Assembly: GCA_030637895.1 (NCBI GenBank)
Contig: DAOWFP010000191.1
Coordinates: 1-42,502 of the forward strand
DNA from: Bacteroidota bacterium
Lineage (GTDB): Bacteria > Bacteroidota > Bacteroidia > Bacteroidales > GCA-2748055
DNA: 42,502 nucleotides
Reading direction: 5' to 3'
Shown: one piece after another, positions 1-9,719 of the stretch
Position numbering within the stretch: the stretch's first letter is position 1
Layout of the letters: each line of letters starts with the position of its first letter
Program-made: the position numbers and the translations under genes
Notes under the pieces: model-generated
Told to the model about the DNA's origin: nothing
Seen by the model: only the letters and a program-made list of their open reading frames with translations
The model's database searches: none

Positions 1-1
1 G

Positions 2-850
2 GCAACCGGCACCAAGACTTACAACGGTGCCATTGGTGTTGATACCACCAAAGCCAGTCTTCAGAATATTGCAGAACTGCTGGCCTCCATGGGTTGGAGC
101 ACGGGTGTGGTGGCCACTTCCACCATTTCCCATGCAACCCCGGCTTCTTTCTATGCCCATGTGGAACAACGCTACATGGAAGAGGAGATCGTCGCCCAGT
201 TGCTCGATTCTGAGATTGATTTTTTTGCAGGTGGTGGACGTGACAAATTTAACAGGCGGTCTGACAGTACGGACCTGCTAACTCTCGCAGCTGATAAAGG
301 TTTTACCATCGATACCACGGGCCTCCCGGCTCCAGGTACGCTGAGTGCCCATCAGAAGTATGGGTTTTTGCCCCCGGCAGGATACATGCCTAAGATGATC
401 GAGGGAAGAGGGGATTTTCTGCCTGAAGCCACTATGCTGGCCATCAGTCACCTCAGTCAAAATCAGGAAGGATTCTTTCTGATGGTGGAGGGTTCCCAGA
501 TAGACTGGGCAGGTCACGAAAACGACGGCGATTACCTGGTAGGTGAAATGCTCGACTTTGAAAAGGTCATTGCTGCCGCGCTGGACTTTGCTGCAAAGGA
601 TGGAAACACCCTGGTGGTGGTCACCGCCGATCATGAAACCGGTGGTTTAACCCTGGGCCCAAAAAAATCAAGGCCTGGCCAAAAAATCTATTCTGACTAT
701 TCCGAAATTGAGCCTATTTTTGCCTCAGGTGACCATTCGGCCACGCTAATTCCTGTATTTGCCTATGGCCCTGGCGCTGAGCAGTTTAAAGGAATCTATC
801 AGAATACAGAGATCAATCACAAGATGGTGGCCCTGGTAAAGGGTGAATAG
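2..850 (+). CDS. alkaline phosphatase (PhoA family), 5'-truncated by window edge
   Basis: The frame of ORF 89..850 stays open back to nt 2 (ATGTKTYNGAIGVD...). Motifs TISHATPASFYAHV, QIDWAGHENDGDY, VVTADHETGG and GDHSATLIPVFAYGPGA are typical alkaline-phosphatase active-site and metal-site regions. Confidence 0.85.
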   Translation, partial: ATGTKTYNGAIGVDTTKASLQNIAELLASMGWSTGVVATSTISHATPASFYAHVEQRYMEEEIVAQLLDSEIDFFAGGGRDKFNRRSDSTDLLTLAADKGFTIDTTGLPAPGTLSAHQKYGFLPPAGYMPKMIEGRGDFLPEATMLAISHLSQNQEGFFLMVEGSQIDWAGHENDGDYLVGEMLDFEKVIAAALDFAAKDGNTLVVVTADHETGGLTLGPKKSRPGQKIYSDYSEIEPIFASGDHSATLIPVFAYGPGAEQFKGIYQNTEINHKMVALVKGE

Positions 851-883
851 GAACAAACGGGGTATTTCATTCCGTACGATTTG

Positions 884-1471
884 TTACCTCTTCAGGATGC
901 CGTAGAGGAGAACGCGGATCAGGTCCTCCATTAGTTCTTCGCGGTCGGTTTTATGTGCCTCATCCAGTAGCAAAGGCAGTTCCAGGCCCTTCATCATGGT
1001 GGAAATGGCAATGGCTCCTATTTTTGAACTGCTAAGTTGAAAGACTCCCTGCTTCATTCCATCCTCCAGGATCTCACCTACCAGCTGCTGCTCCTCAATT
1101 TCAAAATTTCGTCTGATATCCAGGATAAAACCCATATGGGAAAGGGTCTCCTCGTTTAGGGCTGCATAAAAATTTTCCAGGGTCCTCACATGGTGAAGCC
1201 GGAAGAGTATATAGGCCTTGAGCCGCTCAGGGGGTGAGTTGTTTTTTCCAATGATCCGGCTAAGTCGCTCTTTTAGCATCCGGGCCTCAAACTCCACAAC
1301 TGCACGGAATATCTCCTCTTTACTTTTGAAATAGTAATATATGGAGCTCTTTCCCATCTGGGAGGTGCTGGCGATCTCCTCCATGGTGGCCTTTCTGAAA
1401 CCATACCTGGTGAAGATCCTGCGGGAGACTCCAACAATATATATTCTGACCTCCTCCTTGACAACGACCAT
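884..1471 (-). CDS. TetR/AcrR family transcriptional regulator
   Basis: 195-aa ORF with an N-terminal TetR-type HTH (GFRKATMEEIASTSQMGKSSIYYYFKSKEEIF). It lies 29 nt downstream of rnr on the same strand. Confidence 0.85.
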   Translation of the reverse strand: MVVVKEEVRIYIVGVSRRIFTRYGFRKATMEEIASTSQMGKSSIYYYFKSKEEIFRAVVEFEARMLKERLSRIIGKNNSPPERLKAYILFRLHHVRTLENFYAALNEETLSHMGFILDIRRNFEIEEQQLVGEILEDGMKQGVFQLSSSKIGAIAISTMMKGLELPLLLDEAHKTDREELMEDLIRVLLYGILKR

Positions 1472-1500
1472 TTGTCCTTACCTTAGTTTTCCTATCAAAT

Positions 1501-3699
1501 TTAAGCCTCCTCTTCCAGTTCTACAAGTCTGTAATCGAGTTGCCTCCGGGAGAGGTTGGCGTTCATCACCTCAATTTTTACTTCATCACCTATTTCAAAT
1601 TTTCTTCCCGATTGCTTGCCCACGATCATATACTCCTCCTCGTTAAACTCATAAAAATCATCCGCAATGCTCTTGATGGAGACCATCCCTTCACACTTAT
1701 TTTCCACGATCTCCACATAAATTCCCCAGTCGGTAAGACCCGAAACCACTCCGTCGAAGATTTTTCCCACCTTATCCTGCATAAACTCTACCTGTTTGTA
1801 TTTGGTAGAGGCTCTTTCAGCATCCACGGCGCGACGCTCCATCTCGGAGGCGTGCTCACAGCGTTTTTCATAGGTATCTGCATTCTTCGATTCGCCCTGT
1901 GCCAGGTAGTGAGCCAGCAAGCGGTGTACCATCAGATCCGGATAACGCCTGATGGGCGAAGTAAAGTGGGCATAGTCTTTAAATGCCAGACCATAGTGAC
2001 CAATATTATTGGTGGAATAACGAGCCTTTGCCATGGAGCGCAGTGCCATCATCTCAACCACATTCTGCTCCTTTTTCCCCTGTACCTGGTCCAGTACACG
2101 GTTCAGTGCGTTTGAGAGACGGCGGCCCGATTGCTGGGGATTCATTGTATGCCCAAACTTGCTGATGAACCTGGTAAAGGACTCCATCTTTTCAGGGTCG
2201 GGCTGATCGTGGATGCGGTAAACAAAGGTTTTTCCTACCTGTTTTTTTCCTTTTGGTTCGGCCGGACTCACCTCCTTCTCATACTTACCTCCTCTGCTGG
2301 CATAGGCCGCCACCTTTTTATTGGCCAGCAGCATAAACTCCTCAATGAGCCAGTTGGCCTCTTTCTGTACCTTGAAGTAGACCCCGGTGGGAGTGCCATC
2401 TTCAGCCAGGTGGAACTTAACCTCTTCCCGTTCGAAATTCACCGAGCCATTTTGAAATCTCTTATCCTTCAATACTTTAGAAATCTCATAGAGTTTCAGC
2501 ACCTCCGCCTTCATATCTCCTTCGCCGGTTTCAATAATCTTCTGTGCCTCCTCATAGCTGAATCGCCTGGCCGAATGGATTACCGTGCGACCAAACCACT
2601 CATCCAGAACCTCCCCCTGTTCATTCATTTTAAAAACAGCCGAAAAGCATAGCTTATCCTCGTTGGGCCTCAGTGAGCACACTCCGTTTGAAAGTTTTTC
2701 GGGAAGCATGGGAACCACACGGTCTACAAGGTATACTGAAGTTGCCCGGTCAAAAGCCTCATTATCGAGAATGGTTTTGGTTCTCACATAGTGCGAAACA
2801 TCGGCAATATGTATGCCCACCTCCCACAAACCACCTTCCAGGGGTTGCAGCGACAGGGCATCATCAAAATCCTTGGCATCGGCAGGATCAATGGTAAAGG
2901 TGGGCACTTTCCGGAAGTCCCTTCTCCTTTTGATCTCTTCTGCTGAGATCCCATCTGGAATCTTTTCTGCATATGCCTCCACCTCTGGGGAAAACTTAAT
3001 GGGAAGCTCAAATTCGGCCAGGATGGAGTGCATCTCCGTATCGTTCTCGCCGGGATAACCCAGGATATCCACGATCTCCCCAAAGGGATTTTTTACCTTT
3101 TCGGGCCAATCAATAATGCGGGCAATGGCTTTCTGTCCATGCTCCACTCCCTTTAGCTTTTCAAGAGGAATAAAGATATCAAAGGGCATTTTATGGCTGT
3201 CGGGAAGCAGGAAGGCATAGTTGCGGGAGATCTCCACCGTACCTACAAAGGTGTCCCGCTTGCGTTCCAGTATTTCCACCACCTCTCCCTCGGAACGGGC
3301 TCGCTGCTTGCGGGCCGGATACACAATTACTTTCACCAGGTCGCCATCCAGGGCGTTTTTCAGGTTGTTCCTGGCAATAAAGACGTCATCGTCCGAATCC
3401 TCCGACACCAGGAAAGCATATCCATGCTGGGTCATATCGAGCGTGCCTGTCTTATACCCGGCCCTGCTTAACAGGCGGTACCTCCCCGGCGCCAGCTGCT
3501 CCAGCTGTTTCTTCTCTACCAGCTCGTCCAGGGTTCTGTTAACAATGGTCCTCCGCTGCTTATCAGTAATGAAAAGCAATTTCGATATCTGCTTATAATT
3601 ATATATCTGCTTGGGGTTTCTTCCAAATACCCCCATGATCAATGCCTTGGCCTGTTCTCGTGAGAATTTATCCTTACTGGGCCTTTTACTCTTCCCCAT
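1501..3699 (-). CDS. rnr: ribonuclease R (3'-5' exoribonuclease, RNB + S1 domains)
   Basis: RNB motifs FTIDPADAKDFDDALS and HYGLAFKDYAHFTSPIRRYPDLMVHRLL, plus a C-terminal S1 domain (IFDGVVSGLTDWGIYVEI). The ORF is open to 3750, but I prefer the ATG at 3699 (MGKSKRPSK...). The longer form would swallow the cysS -7 promoter box and leave only 21 bp between divergent genes. Confidence 0.9.
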   Translation of the reverse strand: MGKSKRPSKDKFSREQAKALIMGVFGRNPKQIYNYKQISKLLFITDKQRRTIVNRTLDELVEKKQLEQLAPGRYRLLSRAGYKTGTLDMTQHGYAFLVSEDSDDDVFIARNNLKNALDGDLVKVIVYPARKQRARSEGEVVEILERKRDTFVGTVEISRNYAFLLPDSHKMPFDIFIPLEKLKGVEHGQKAIARIIDWPEKVKNPFGEIVDILGYPGENDTEMHSILAEFELPIKFSPEVEAYAEKIPDGISAEEIKRRRDFRKVPTFTIDPADAKDFDDALSLQPLEGGLWEVGIHIADVSHYVRTKTILDNEAFDRATSVYLVDRVVPMLPEKLSNGVCSLRPNEDKLCFSAVFKMNEQGEVLDEWFGRTVIHSARRFSYEEAQKIIETGEGDMKAEVLKLYEISKVLKDKRFQNGSVNFEREEVKFHLAEDGTPTGVYFKVQKEANWLIEEFMLLANKKVAAYASRGGKYEKEVSPAEPKGKKQVGKTFVYRIHDQPDPEKMESFTRFISKFGHTMNPQQSGRRLSNALNRVLDQVQGKKEQNVVEMMALRSMAKARYSTNNIGHYGLAFKDYAHFTSPIRRYPDLMVHRLLAHYLAQGESKNADTYEKRCEHASEMERRAVDAERASTKYKQVEFMQDKVGKIFDGVVSGLTDWGIYVEIVENKCEGMVSIKSIADDFYEFNEEEYMIVGKQSGRKFEIGDEVKIEVMNANLSRRQLDYRLVELEEEA

Positions 3700-3732
3700 A
3701 ATATCTCCATTTCCGGTACGAGTTAAATTTAC

Positions 3733-3740
3733 TAATTTTG
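3733..3740 (+). promoter_or_regulatory. Bacteroidota-type -7 promoter box TAATTTTG (TAnnTTTG) upstream of cysS
   Basis: Exact match to TAnnTTTG, 32 nt upstream of the cysS ATG. Confidence 0.5.
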
Positions 3741-3771
3741 TTTTCATCATTCAGCTTATCCGTCAATAGTT

Positions 3772-5241
3772 ATGACCAACAATCTATTTGTTTACAATAC
3801 CCTGACTAGGAAGAAAGAGCGCTTTGAACCCATCAATCCCCCCTTTGTTGGTCTCTATGCTTGTGGCCCCACCGTTTATGGTGATGCCCACCTGGGCCAT
3901 GCGCGCCAGGCCATCACTTTTGATGTGCTCTATCGCTATCTTCAGCACCTTGGTTATAAGGTAAGGTATGTGCGTAATATTACGGATGTGGGACACCTGG
4001 AAGATGATGCAGATGAAGGAGAGGATAAGATTCTGAAGAAAGCGAGGCTCGAATCCCTGGAGCCCATGGAGGTGGTACAACACTATATGAACCGATACCG
4101 CCTGAACATGGACTCTCTCAATGTGCTTCATCCCAGTATTGAGCCCAGGGCCAGCGGACATATCATTGAGCAACAGGAACTCATCGGAAAAATCATTGAG
4201 GCAGGTTACGCATACGAGGTTAACGGATCGGTATATTTCGACGTAACAGCTTACAACAACAAGCATCCCTATGGCCAGCTCTCCGGAAGAAAGATTGAGG
4301 ATCTTCTCTCCAATACACGAAGCCTGGACGGACAATCTGAAAAGAGAAATCCGCTGGACTTCTCCCTGTGGAAAAAAGCCGATCCTGCCCATATCATGCG
4401 TTGGCCCTCCAAATGGAGCGATGGTTATCCTGGCTGGCACCTGGAGTGCTCGGCCATGAGCACCAAGTACCTGGGCATGCAGTTTGATATCCATGGCGGA
4501 GGTCTGGATCTGCTCTTTCCGCACCACGAGTGTGAAATTGCACAGAATGTGGCAGGCTATGGCAAGCCATCAGTACGATACTGGATGCATAATAATATGA
4601 TCACCATTAATGGTCAGAAAATGGGCCGTTCGCTGGGCAATATCATCACCCTGGATCAACTCTTTGCAGGAGATCACCCGGGACTGGAACAGGCCTACGG
4701 ACCCATGGTTATCCGCTTCTTCATCCTTCAGGCCCACTACCGCAGCACCCTCGATTTTTCCAATGAAGCGCTGCAGGCCTCCGAAAAAGGATTAAACCGG
4801 CTATTGAGTGCTGTAGCAAAATTGGATCATATTCAAGCATTGGGTAAGGGTTCTATAGATGTTGAAGCCCTGGCAGAACGTTGTAACAATGCCATGGAGG
4901 ATGATATGAATACTGCCATGCTGGTGGGTCATCTTTTAAGCGGCATTACACAGATCAACAAGCTGGCGGAAGGAAGCGATACCATTTCTGCGGAAGATCT
5001 GGAAAAGCTGAAAGTCCTGTACCACTCCTGGGTCTTCCTTGTGCTGGGACTGGAACTGCCGGAAGCCACGGGCTTAGCTAACGAGATTACCGGCGATCTA
5101 ATAGAGATGATCCTGCAGTTAAGAAGCGATGCAAAGTCAAATCGAGACTTTAAAACCGCAGATCGCATCCGGAACGAGCTGACTGATCTGGGTATCACCA
5201 TAAAGGACCGGAAAGATGGGGCCGACTGGGAAATTTCTTAA
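3772..5241 (+). CDS. cysS: cysteine--tRNA ligase
   Basis: 489 aa. Class I HIGH-type motif ([15 protein letters not shown]) and KMSKS-type motif (KMGRSLGN), with the overall length and order typical of CysRS. Confidence 0.95.
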   Translation: MTNNLFVYNTLTRKKERFEPINPPFVGLYACGPTVYGDAHLGHARQAITFDVLYRYLQHLGYKVRYVRNITDVGHLEDDADEGEDKILKKARLESLEPMEVVQHYMNRYRLNMDSLNVLHPSIEPRASGHIIEQQELIGKIIEAGYAYEVNGSVYFDVTAYNNKHPYGQLSGRKIEDLLSNTRSLDGQSEKRNPLDFSLWKKADPAHIMRWPSKWSDGYPGWHLECSAMSTKYLGMQFDIHGGGLDLLFPHHECEIAQNVAGYGKPSVRYWMHNNMITINGQKMGRSLGNIITLDQLFAGDHPGLEQAYGPMVIRFFILQAHYRSTLDFSNEALQASEKGLNRLLSAVAKLDHIQALGKGSIDVEALAERCNNAMEDDMNTAMLVGHLLSGITQINKLAEGSDTISAEDLEKLKVLYHSWVFLVLGLELPEATGLANEITGDLIEMILQLRSDAKSNRDFKTADRIRNELTDLGITIKDRKDGADWEIS

Positions 5242-5245
5242 GGGA

Positions 5246-6850
5246 ATGATACCTTACCGTTCACAAACCATCACTGTTGGCTCCCTCCTCCTGGGAGGCG
5301 ATCATCCAGTCCGGATCCAATCCATGACCAGTACCGACACCAATGATGTGACAGCGTCGGCGGATCAGTGTATCCGGATGATCGAAGCAGGCGCAGAGCT
5401 GGTCAGACTTACCACCCAGGGAAATCGGGAAGTGTCAAACCTGGAAAAAATAAGGGAAGGACTTCATAAGGCAGGATACCGGGTGCCCCTGGTTGCTGAT
5501 ATCCATTTTAAACCGGGACTTGCCCTGGAGGCTGCCCGGGTATGTGACAAGATCAGAATCAACCCAGGAAATTATTTGAAGGGGGGATCGGTAGATCTCC
5601 TGCTTCCCCAATTGCTTCTTAAATGCAGGAAGGAGGGAACGGCCATCCGTATCGGTGTAAACCATGGCTCTCTGGACGAATCCATCTTGACCCGTTATGG
5701 GGATACCCCTGAAGGAATGGTGGAATCGGCCATGATCTTCTTGCGTATCTGTAAAGCCGAATCCTTCCACGAAGTGGTTGTGTCGATGAAATCAAGCAAT
5801 CCAAGAGTAATGGTGCAATCGGTGAGACTGCTGGCTCACCGGATGAGCAAAGAGAATATGGCCTACCCCCTGCACCTGGGGGTTACAGAAGCCGGTGATG
5901 GTCCTGAGGGGCGAATCAAATCTGTCGTCGGGATAGCCCCGCTGCTTCTGGAAGCCATGGGTGATACCATTCGGGTATCTCTTACCGAGCCCCCTGAAAT
6001 GGAATTGCCGGTAGCCTCGCAGATCGTAGCTCTTTTTCCAAAACCAGATGCCTTGCCCTACCACCCTTTTAAGGGGCTGGCCTGGGATCCTTTTAGCTTT
6101 TCGAGAAGAATATCGCTTCCCGTGTCCGGGGTGGGTAAGGGAAGCCGAATAAAAATTATTTCGCCCGCACCTCCCGATCAGGCCATTGATCTGAAACCTG
6201 CTTATCTGACCGACTTAACCATTCCTTATGAAGCCTGGGAGAAGGAGCCCCAAGAGCTGGTGGCGGGCCATAAAATATTGCTGATGGAAAAAGGTAGTCA
6301 CTCCATCCAGGAAATCAAGTCCCGCCTGAACTGGTTCTGCTCGGTAAACAAAAAAGCGGCAATTCTCTTTAAAAGCTCATCAGAAACAGAAGATCCCGAA
6401 AGATTTCAACTTCAACTGGCCGGAGAGCTTGGCTCCTTACTTGTCGATGGCGTACTTGATGCTGTGTGGGTGGAGAATCCATATATGACTCCAGCCATGA
6501 TCAATGAAACCGTTCTCAATATCCTGCAGGCTGCAGGTGCACGGATCACCAAAACTGAATACATTGCCTGTCCCTCATGCGGGCGAACCCATTTTGATAT
6601 CCTTACCAGGTTGAAGGAGATCCGTGGTGCCACTTCCCATCTTACCACCCTTAAGATCGGAGTGATGGGTTGCATCGTAAATGGTCCCGGAGAAATGGCC
6701 GATGCTGACTATGGTTACGTGGGAGCCGGGCCGGGCCGGGTTAGCATCTATAAGGGCCGGGAGGCCCGGCTTCGGAACATTCCCGAAAAGGAGGCCCTGG
6801 AAGCCTTGATTAAGTTGGTAAAAAGTGAGGGAGACTGGATCGATCCCTGA
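5246..6850 (+). CDS. ispG: 4-hydroxy-3-methylbut-2-en-1-yl diphosphate synthase, long form with inserted domain
   Basis: N-terminal TIM-barrel motifs (VRIQSMT, DKIRINPGNY) and a C-terminal 4Fe-4S module (ACPSCGRT ... GCIVNGPGE), separated by a ~200-aa insert as in the long IspG forms. The ATG at 5246 is preferred over 5216 because that start overlaps the cysS 3' end. Confidence 0.9.
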   Translation: MIPYRSQTITVGSLLLGGDHPVRIQSMTSTDTNDVTASADQCIRMIEAGAELVRLTTQGNREVSNLEKIREGLHKAGYRVPLVADIHFKPGLALEAARVCDKIRINPGNYLKGGSVDLLLPQLLLKCRKEGTAIRIGVNHGSLDESILTRYGDTPEGMVESAMIFLRICKAESFHEVVVSMKSSNPRVMVQSVRLLAHRMSKENMAYPLHLGVTEAGDGPEGRIKSVVGIAPLLLEAMGDTIRVSLTEPPEMELPVASQIVALFPKPDALPYHPFKGLAWDPFSFSRRISLPVSGVGKGSRIKIISPAPPDQAIDLKPAYLTDLTIPYEAWEKEPQELVAGHKILLMEKGSHSIQEIKSRLNWFCSVNKKAAILFKSSSETEDPERFQLQLAGELGSLLVDGVLDAVWVENPYMTPAMINETVLNILQAAGARITKTEYIACPSCGRTHFDILTRLKEIRGATSHLTTLKIGVMGCIVNGPGEMADADYGYVGAGPGRVSIYKGREARLRNIPEKEALEALIKLVKSEGDWIDP

Positions 6851-6896
6851 TCCCCTTCCCATGTTCTCCCAAAGCTGAATTAGCAGAGCCTCTATT

Positions 6897-8324
6897 TTAC
6901 CACCTGGAAAACGGGGTTTCTACCTGGAAGAAAAAGCCATGCTCTCCATAGCGGTTGATTGCATAAAAAATGGTGAAAACCCTGTCGTAATAAGTGACCA
7001 GGTCAATACCAATCCCGGTAGAAAACTGCCATGTGTTGACCATGGTGTTGGTCGGATTGGGAAATTCGTTGTTTACATAACCTGCATCGGCAAACACATT
7101 AACATATACAGCATAATGAATCTTGTTAAACTGCTCCATCCCGATAAAAGGGAGGGTATAGCTATTTGGTTTCACCACCTGTATCTTGAAATTATACAAG
7201 GATAGTACATAATCTGATCCATCGATCACATAGGCTTCATAAGCACGAAGATTCTCGTTGTAACCCAGGGCCCGATTCAGAAGATGGGGCATGACCTTCT
7301 CTGAAGAGAACCTTGCTTTTGTTGTATTATAAAAATATAAGCGGTTGGCAATTTTCTGATGAAACATAACGATCCCGGTCAAACGAAGCGTTGGATGGTC
7401 AAATTCAGTGATGCCCAGGCCAAGCTGTTCGGCTTTAATCCTGACATTGAATCCTACCAGGGGATACACTTTGGAGTCACGGATATCATAATCGAACTGG
7501 TAGGTGAGCATGAAATAGTTTATACTGGTAGCGCCACCACCCAGATAGTTGGGATTGATGATGGCTACAGAATCCGAAACCTGGTAATCATAGTAATCAA
7601 GTTTAAGAGAGTGTAATGCAAAATATTTTCGCCTGTAAGTATATCTCGCAAAAGTGTTGAGTCTGACCTGAGCCGGGATGTCCAGGGGCTGGTATTCAAC
7701 CGGTACGTTGTTGACCGTCTCTATAAACACTTCATTCTGTTGATTGGCGTTGAAACCGGCCGAGATTCCATGATTCTGATTTTTACCAATATTGGGTTTT
7801 GAATAGGCCAGGGCGTATTCCTTTACATAGCCAAGCTGGATTTTTGCTGTGAGCAGTTCGTTCCATCCCCGGAAATTATTCCATTTCAACCACGCTCCAT
7901 AGTTGATCCTTTCCCAATCCCAATTCTCTATTAAAGAATTGAAGTTCCTGTCTGCATACTCCACGATCGGGATCGGCCAGATGTACCAACGTTCTGTAAC
8001 GACTATAGTTACATCGATCAGATTATTACCCAGATGCTTAACATTAAGATTGACGAAATTGAAAATAGCCAGTTTCAGCAGATTATCCCGGCTCATTTGT
8101 AAAGCAGATAGCAACTCCATTTTAAACACCGTATCGCCGGTGCTAAAAACTAATTCTCTAAGTATCACCGGTTCATGGGTAATCTTGTTACCACTGATCA
8201 GTATGTCGTGAATAACCAGTTTATCGTCGGCAATCACCAGGGAATCCTGCGATGCTGCTTCTATTACATGACACAGCAGAAAACAAACTACGAGAAATTT
8301 TATTGCCTTTGCCATCAGCACCAT
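6897..8324 (-). CDS. Omp85/BamA-family outer-membrane protein with a single POTRA-like domain
   Basis: Signal peptide (MAKAIKFLVVCFLLCHVIEA), a POTRA-like segment (IHDILISGNKITHEPVILRELVFSTGDTV), a beta-rich C-terminal region with alternating aromatic residues, and an aromatic terminus (...ETPFSRW). The start is uncertain (ATG at 8324 or 8315, TTG at 8339). Confidence 0.7.
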   Translation of the reverse strand: MVLMAKAIKFLVVCFLLCHVIEAASQDSLVIADDKLVIHDILISGNKITHEPVILRELVFSTGDTVFKMELLSALQMSRDNLLKLAIFNFVNLNVKHLGNNLIDVTIVVTERWYIWPIPIVEYADRNFNSLIENWDWERINYGAWLKWNNFRGWNELLTAKIQLGYVKEYALAYSKPNIGKNQNHGISAGFNANQQNEVFIETVNNVPVEYQPLDIPAQVRLNTFARYTYRRKYFALHSLKLDYYDYQVSDSVAIINPNYLGGGATSINYFMLTYQFDYDIRDSKVYPLVGFNVRIKAEQLGLGITEFDHPTLRLTGIVMFHQKIANRLYFYNTTKARFSSEKVMPHLLNRALGYNENLRAYEAYVIDGSDYVLSLYNFKIQVVKPNSYTLPFIGMEQFNKIHYAVYVNVFADAGYVNNEFPNPTNTMVNTWQFSTGIGIDLVTYYDRVFTIFYAINRYGEHGFFFQVETPFSRW

Positions 8325-8359
8325 GCTCAAGGGGTGCAAGGTAATAAATTATTTAAACG

Positions 8360-8367
8360 TATTTTTG
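8360..8367 (+). promoter_or_regulatory. -7 promoter box TATTTTTG upstream of 8384 gene
   Basis: Exact TAnnTTTG match 17 nt upstream of the ATG. The spacing is on the short side. Confidence 0.35.
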
Positions 8368-8383
8368 CAGGTAAAACGCCCCT

Positions 8384-9064
8384 ATGAGAGCAATAATAAC
8401 TCTTTTTATTCTTTGGCTTGTTCCCAATATCCTTACTGCCCAAGGCTATATCCTTCCTTCTGAAATCCCATTCGAAAAAGTTAAAATAAGCGGAAACATA
8501 CACCTGCAGTTTGTGGTTTCAGATAGTATGTTTCTCCTGTTCGAGAGTGATACTATCCCAGAGCTGCTGAACATTTCATGGAGTGATGGCCTTTTAACTC
8601 TGAAAACCCCCACAGAATTGAAGAAAACACCGGCCATCCGGGTGAAATTATACCATAGAGGCTTTTCAGGTCTTGAGATCACCCGGGGAGCGCTTGTTCA
8701 ATCGGCCGATACACTGCTTACCCATGTCCTTTCTCTGAGGGTGGATTCCGGGGGAAAGGCCGAGTTTGCTATTGACACCGACTCATTGAGTGCCAAGGTG
8801 ACCCAGGGAGGTGATATCATCCTGCGGGGATCCACCAGGAGTCAGCTGATTCATGCCAAAACCGCCGGGAACTTCCTGGGATATGAACTGGAAGCCAAAA
8901 GGACCTGGGTAAAAGCTTCCACAGGTGCCCAGGTGAAGGTAAAGAGTTCCTCCTTTTTGAATGCCAGCGCAAGCAGCACAGCATTTGTTGCCCACAAGGG
9001 CATGCCAGATCATACAGAGTTCAAAAAAAATACGGGCGGTAAAATTACTCAACAGAATCAATAA
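8384..9064 (+). CDS. secreted beta-rich protein, DUF2807 / putative auto-transporter adhesin head GIN-like
   Basis: Signal peptide MRAIITLFILWLVPNILTAQ, followed by repetitive short beta segments (GGDIILRGSTRSQLIHAKTAGNFLGYELEAKRTWVKASTGAQVKV) reminiscent of DUF2807. The family call is from memory only. Confidence 0.5.
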   Translation: MRAIITLFILWLVPNILTAQGYILPSEIPFEKVKISGNIHLQFVVSDSMFLLFESDTIPELLNISWSDGLLTLKTPTELKKTPAIRVKLYHRGFSGLEITRGALVQSADTLLTHVLSLRVDSGGKAEFAIDTDSLSAKVTQGGDIILRGSTRSQLIHAKTAGNFLGYELEAKRTWVKASTGAQVKVKSSSFLNASASSTAFVAHKGMPDHTEFKKNTGGKITQQNQ

Positions 9065-9719
9065 GCAGTTGAGCCAATTGCATATCGGCGGGGGTGGTAA
9101 GTTTAATGTTCTCCTTGTTTCCCTCCACCAGGGTAGGTGCTCCATAAACCGTTTCATAAACAGAAGCATCATCGGTAAATGCGCTTTTATAGTCTTGCTG
9201 ATAAGCCTGTTTGATCCGGTCTGATCTGAAAACCTGCGGGGTCTGTACCCGCTTCAAGCTGGAGCGATCTATATGCACAGAGCCTCCTTCTGCATCCAGC
9301 ATCCTCACCGATTCGTCCATCTCAACTACCGGAATCCCGCTTCCTTTACTAAGGGCTGCATCATAGCAGCGGATCAGAGTGTCCTGACTTACCAAAGGTC
9401 TTGCAGCATCATGAATTCCTATCAGTGTTTCCTTGTCAATTTGCTTCAATCCGCTTTTTACAGAATCGTAACGGGTGGGTCCTCCCAGAGCATGAATAAC
9501 TCCCCTGGCTATTTCATAAGAGGCGGCCATCTGTTCCCACAATTCTTTGTGAGTTGGGGCCAGCACCACCACAAGCTTCATTTCCGGATCAAAGCGTTGA
9601 AATCTTTCAAGAGTATGAACAATCAAGGGCCTCCCCTGGAGCTGGAGATACTGTTTTGGCATCTTCCCTCCCATTCTGCTGCCCGATCCGGCAGCTACGA
9701 TGATAACTGCCTTTTTCAC
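9045..9719 (-). CDS. ispD: 2-C-methyl-D-erythritol 4-phosphate cytidylyltransferase
   Basis: N-terminal IIVAAGSGSRMGGKMPKQYL nucleotide-binding signature, 224 aa. The GTG start at 9719 overlaps the TGA of the upstream kinase (GTGA). Confidence 0.9.
   Translation of the reverse strand: MKKAVIIVAAGSGSRMGGKMPKQYLQLQGRPLIVHTLERFQRFDPEMKLVVVLAPTHKELWEQMAASYEIARGVIHALGGPTRYDSVKSGLKQIDKETLIGIHDAARPLVSQDTLIRCYDAALSKGSGIPVVEMDESVRMLDAEGGSVHIDRSSLKRVQTPQVFRSDRIKQAYQQDYKSAFTDDASVYETVYGAPTLVEGNKENIKLTTPADMQLAQLLIDSVE

Noticed and set aside
3784-4527. A long antisense ORF (247 aa) lies opposite cysS. Similar shadow ORFs lie opposite rnr (1540-2115), pheS (35012-35509), the giant gene (23683-24183, 26644-27120) and rpiB (28697-29041).
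   Set aside because: Their translations are low-complexity or odd in composition, with no recognisable motifs. All lie wholly inside strongly supported genes on the other strand, so they are typical shadow ORFs.
5216-5245. Over-extended 5' ends in the ORF track: 5216 for ispG, 12526 for usp, 27864 for vanZ, 33154 for the small TM ORF, 36413 for PPIase and 40598 for TPR. I considered these as possible genuine overlapping genes.
   Set aside because: Each extension begins at a TTG or upstream ATG that overlaps the neighbouring gene or a promoter box. An internal ATG gives a sensible N-terminus in every case, either a signal peptide or a conserved motif spacing.
5246-6850. IspG is unusually long (534 aa versus ~370 aa in E. 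coli) because of a ~200-aa insert between the TIM-barrel and Fe-S domains.
   Set aside because: The long, insert-containing IspG form is an established feature of Bacteroidota, Chlamydiae and plant-type enzymes, so it is not novel.
9045-9064. Convergent gene pairs overlap at their 3' ends: 9045-9064 (20 nt), 22576-22579 (4 nt) and 28294-28304 (11 nt). This leaves no room for terminators.
   Set aside because: This is common in compact bacterial genomes. No hairpin/U-tract terminators are visible, and nothing beyond tight packing can be concluded from sequence alone.
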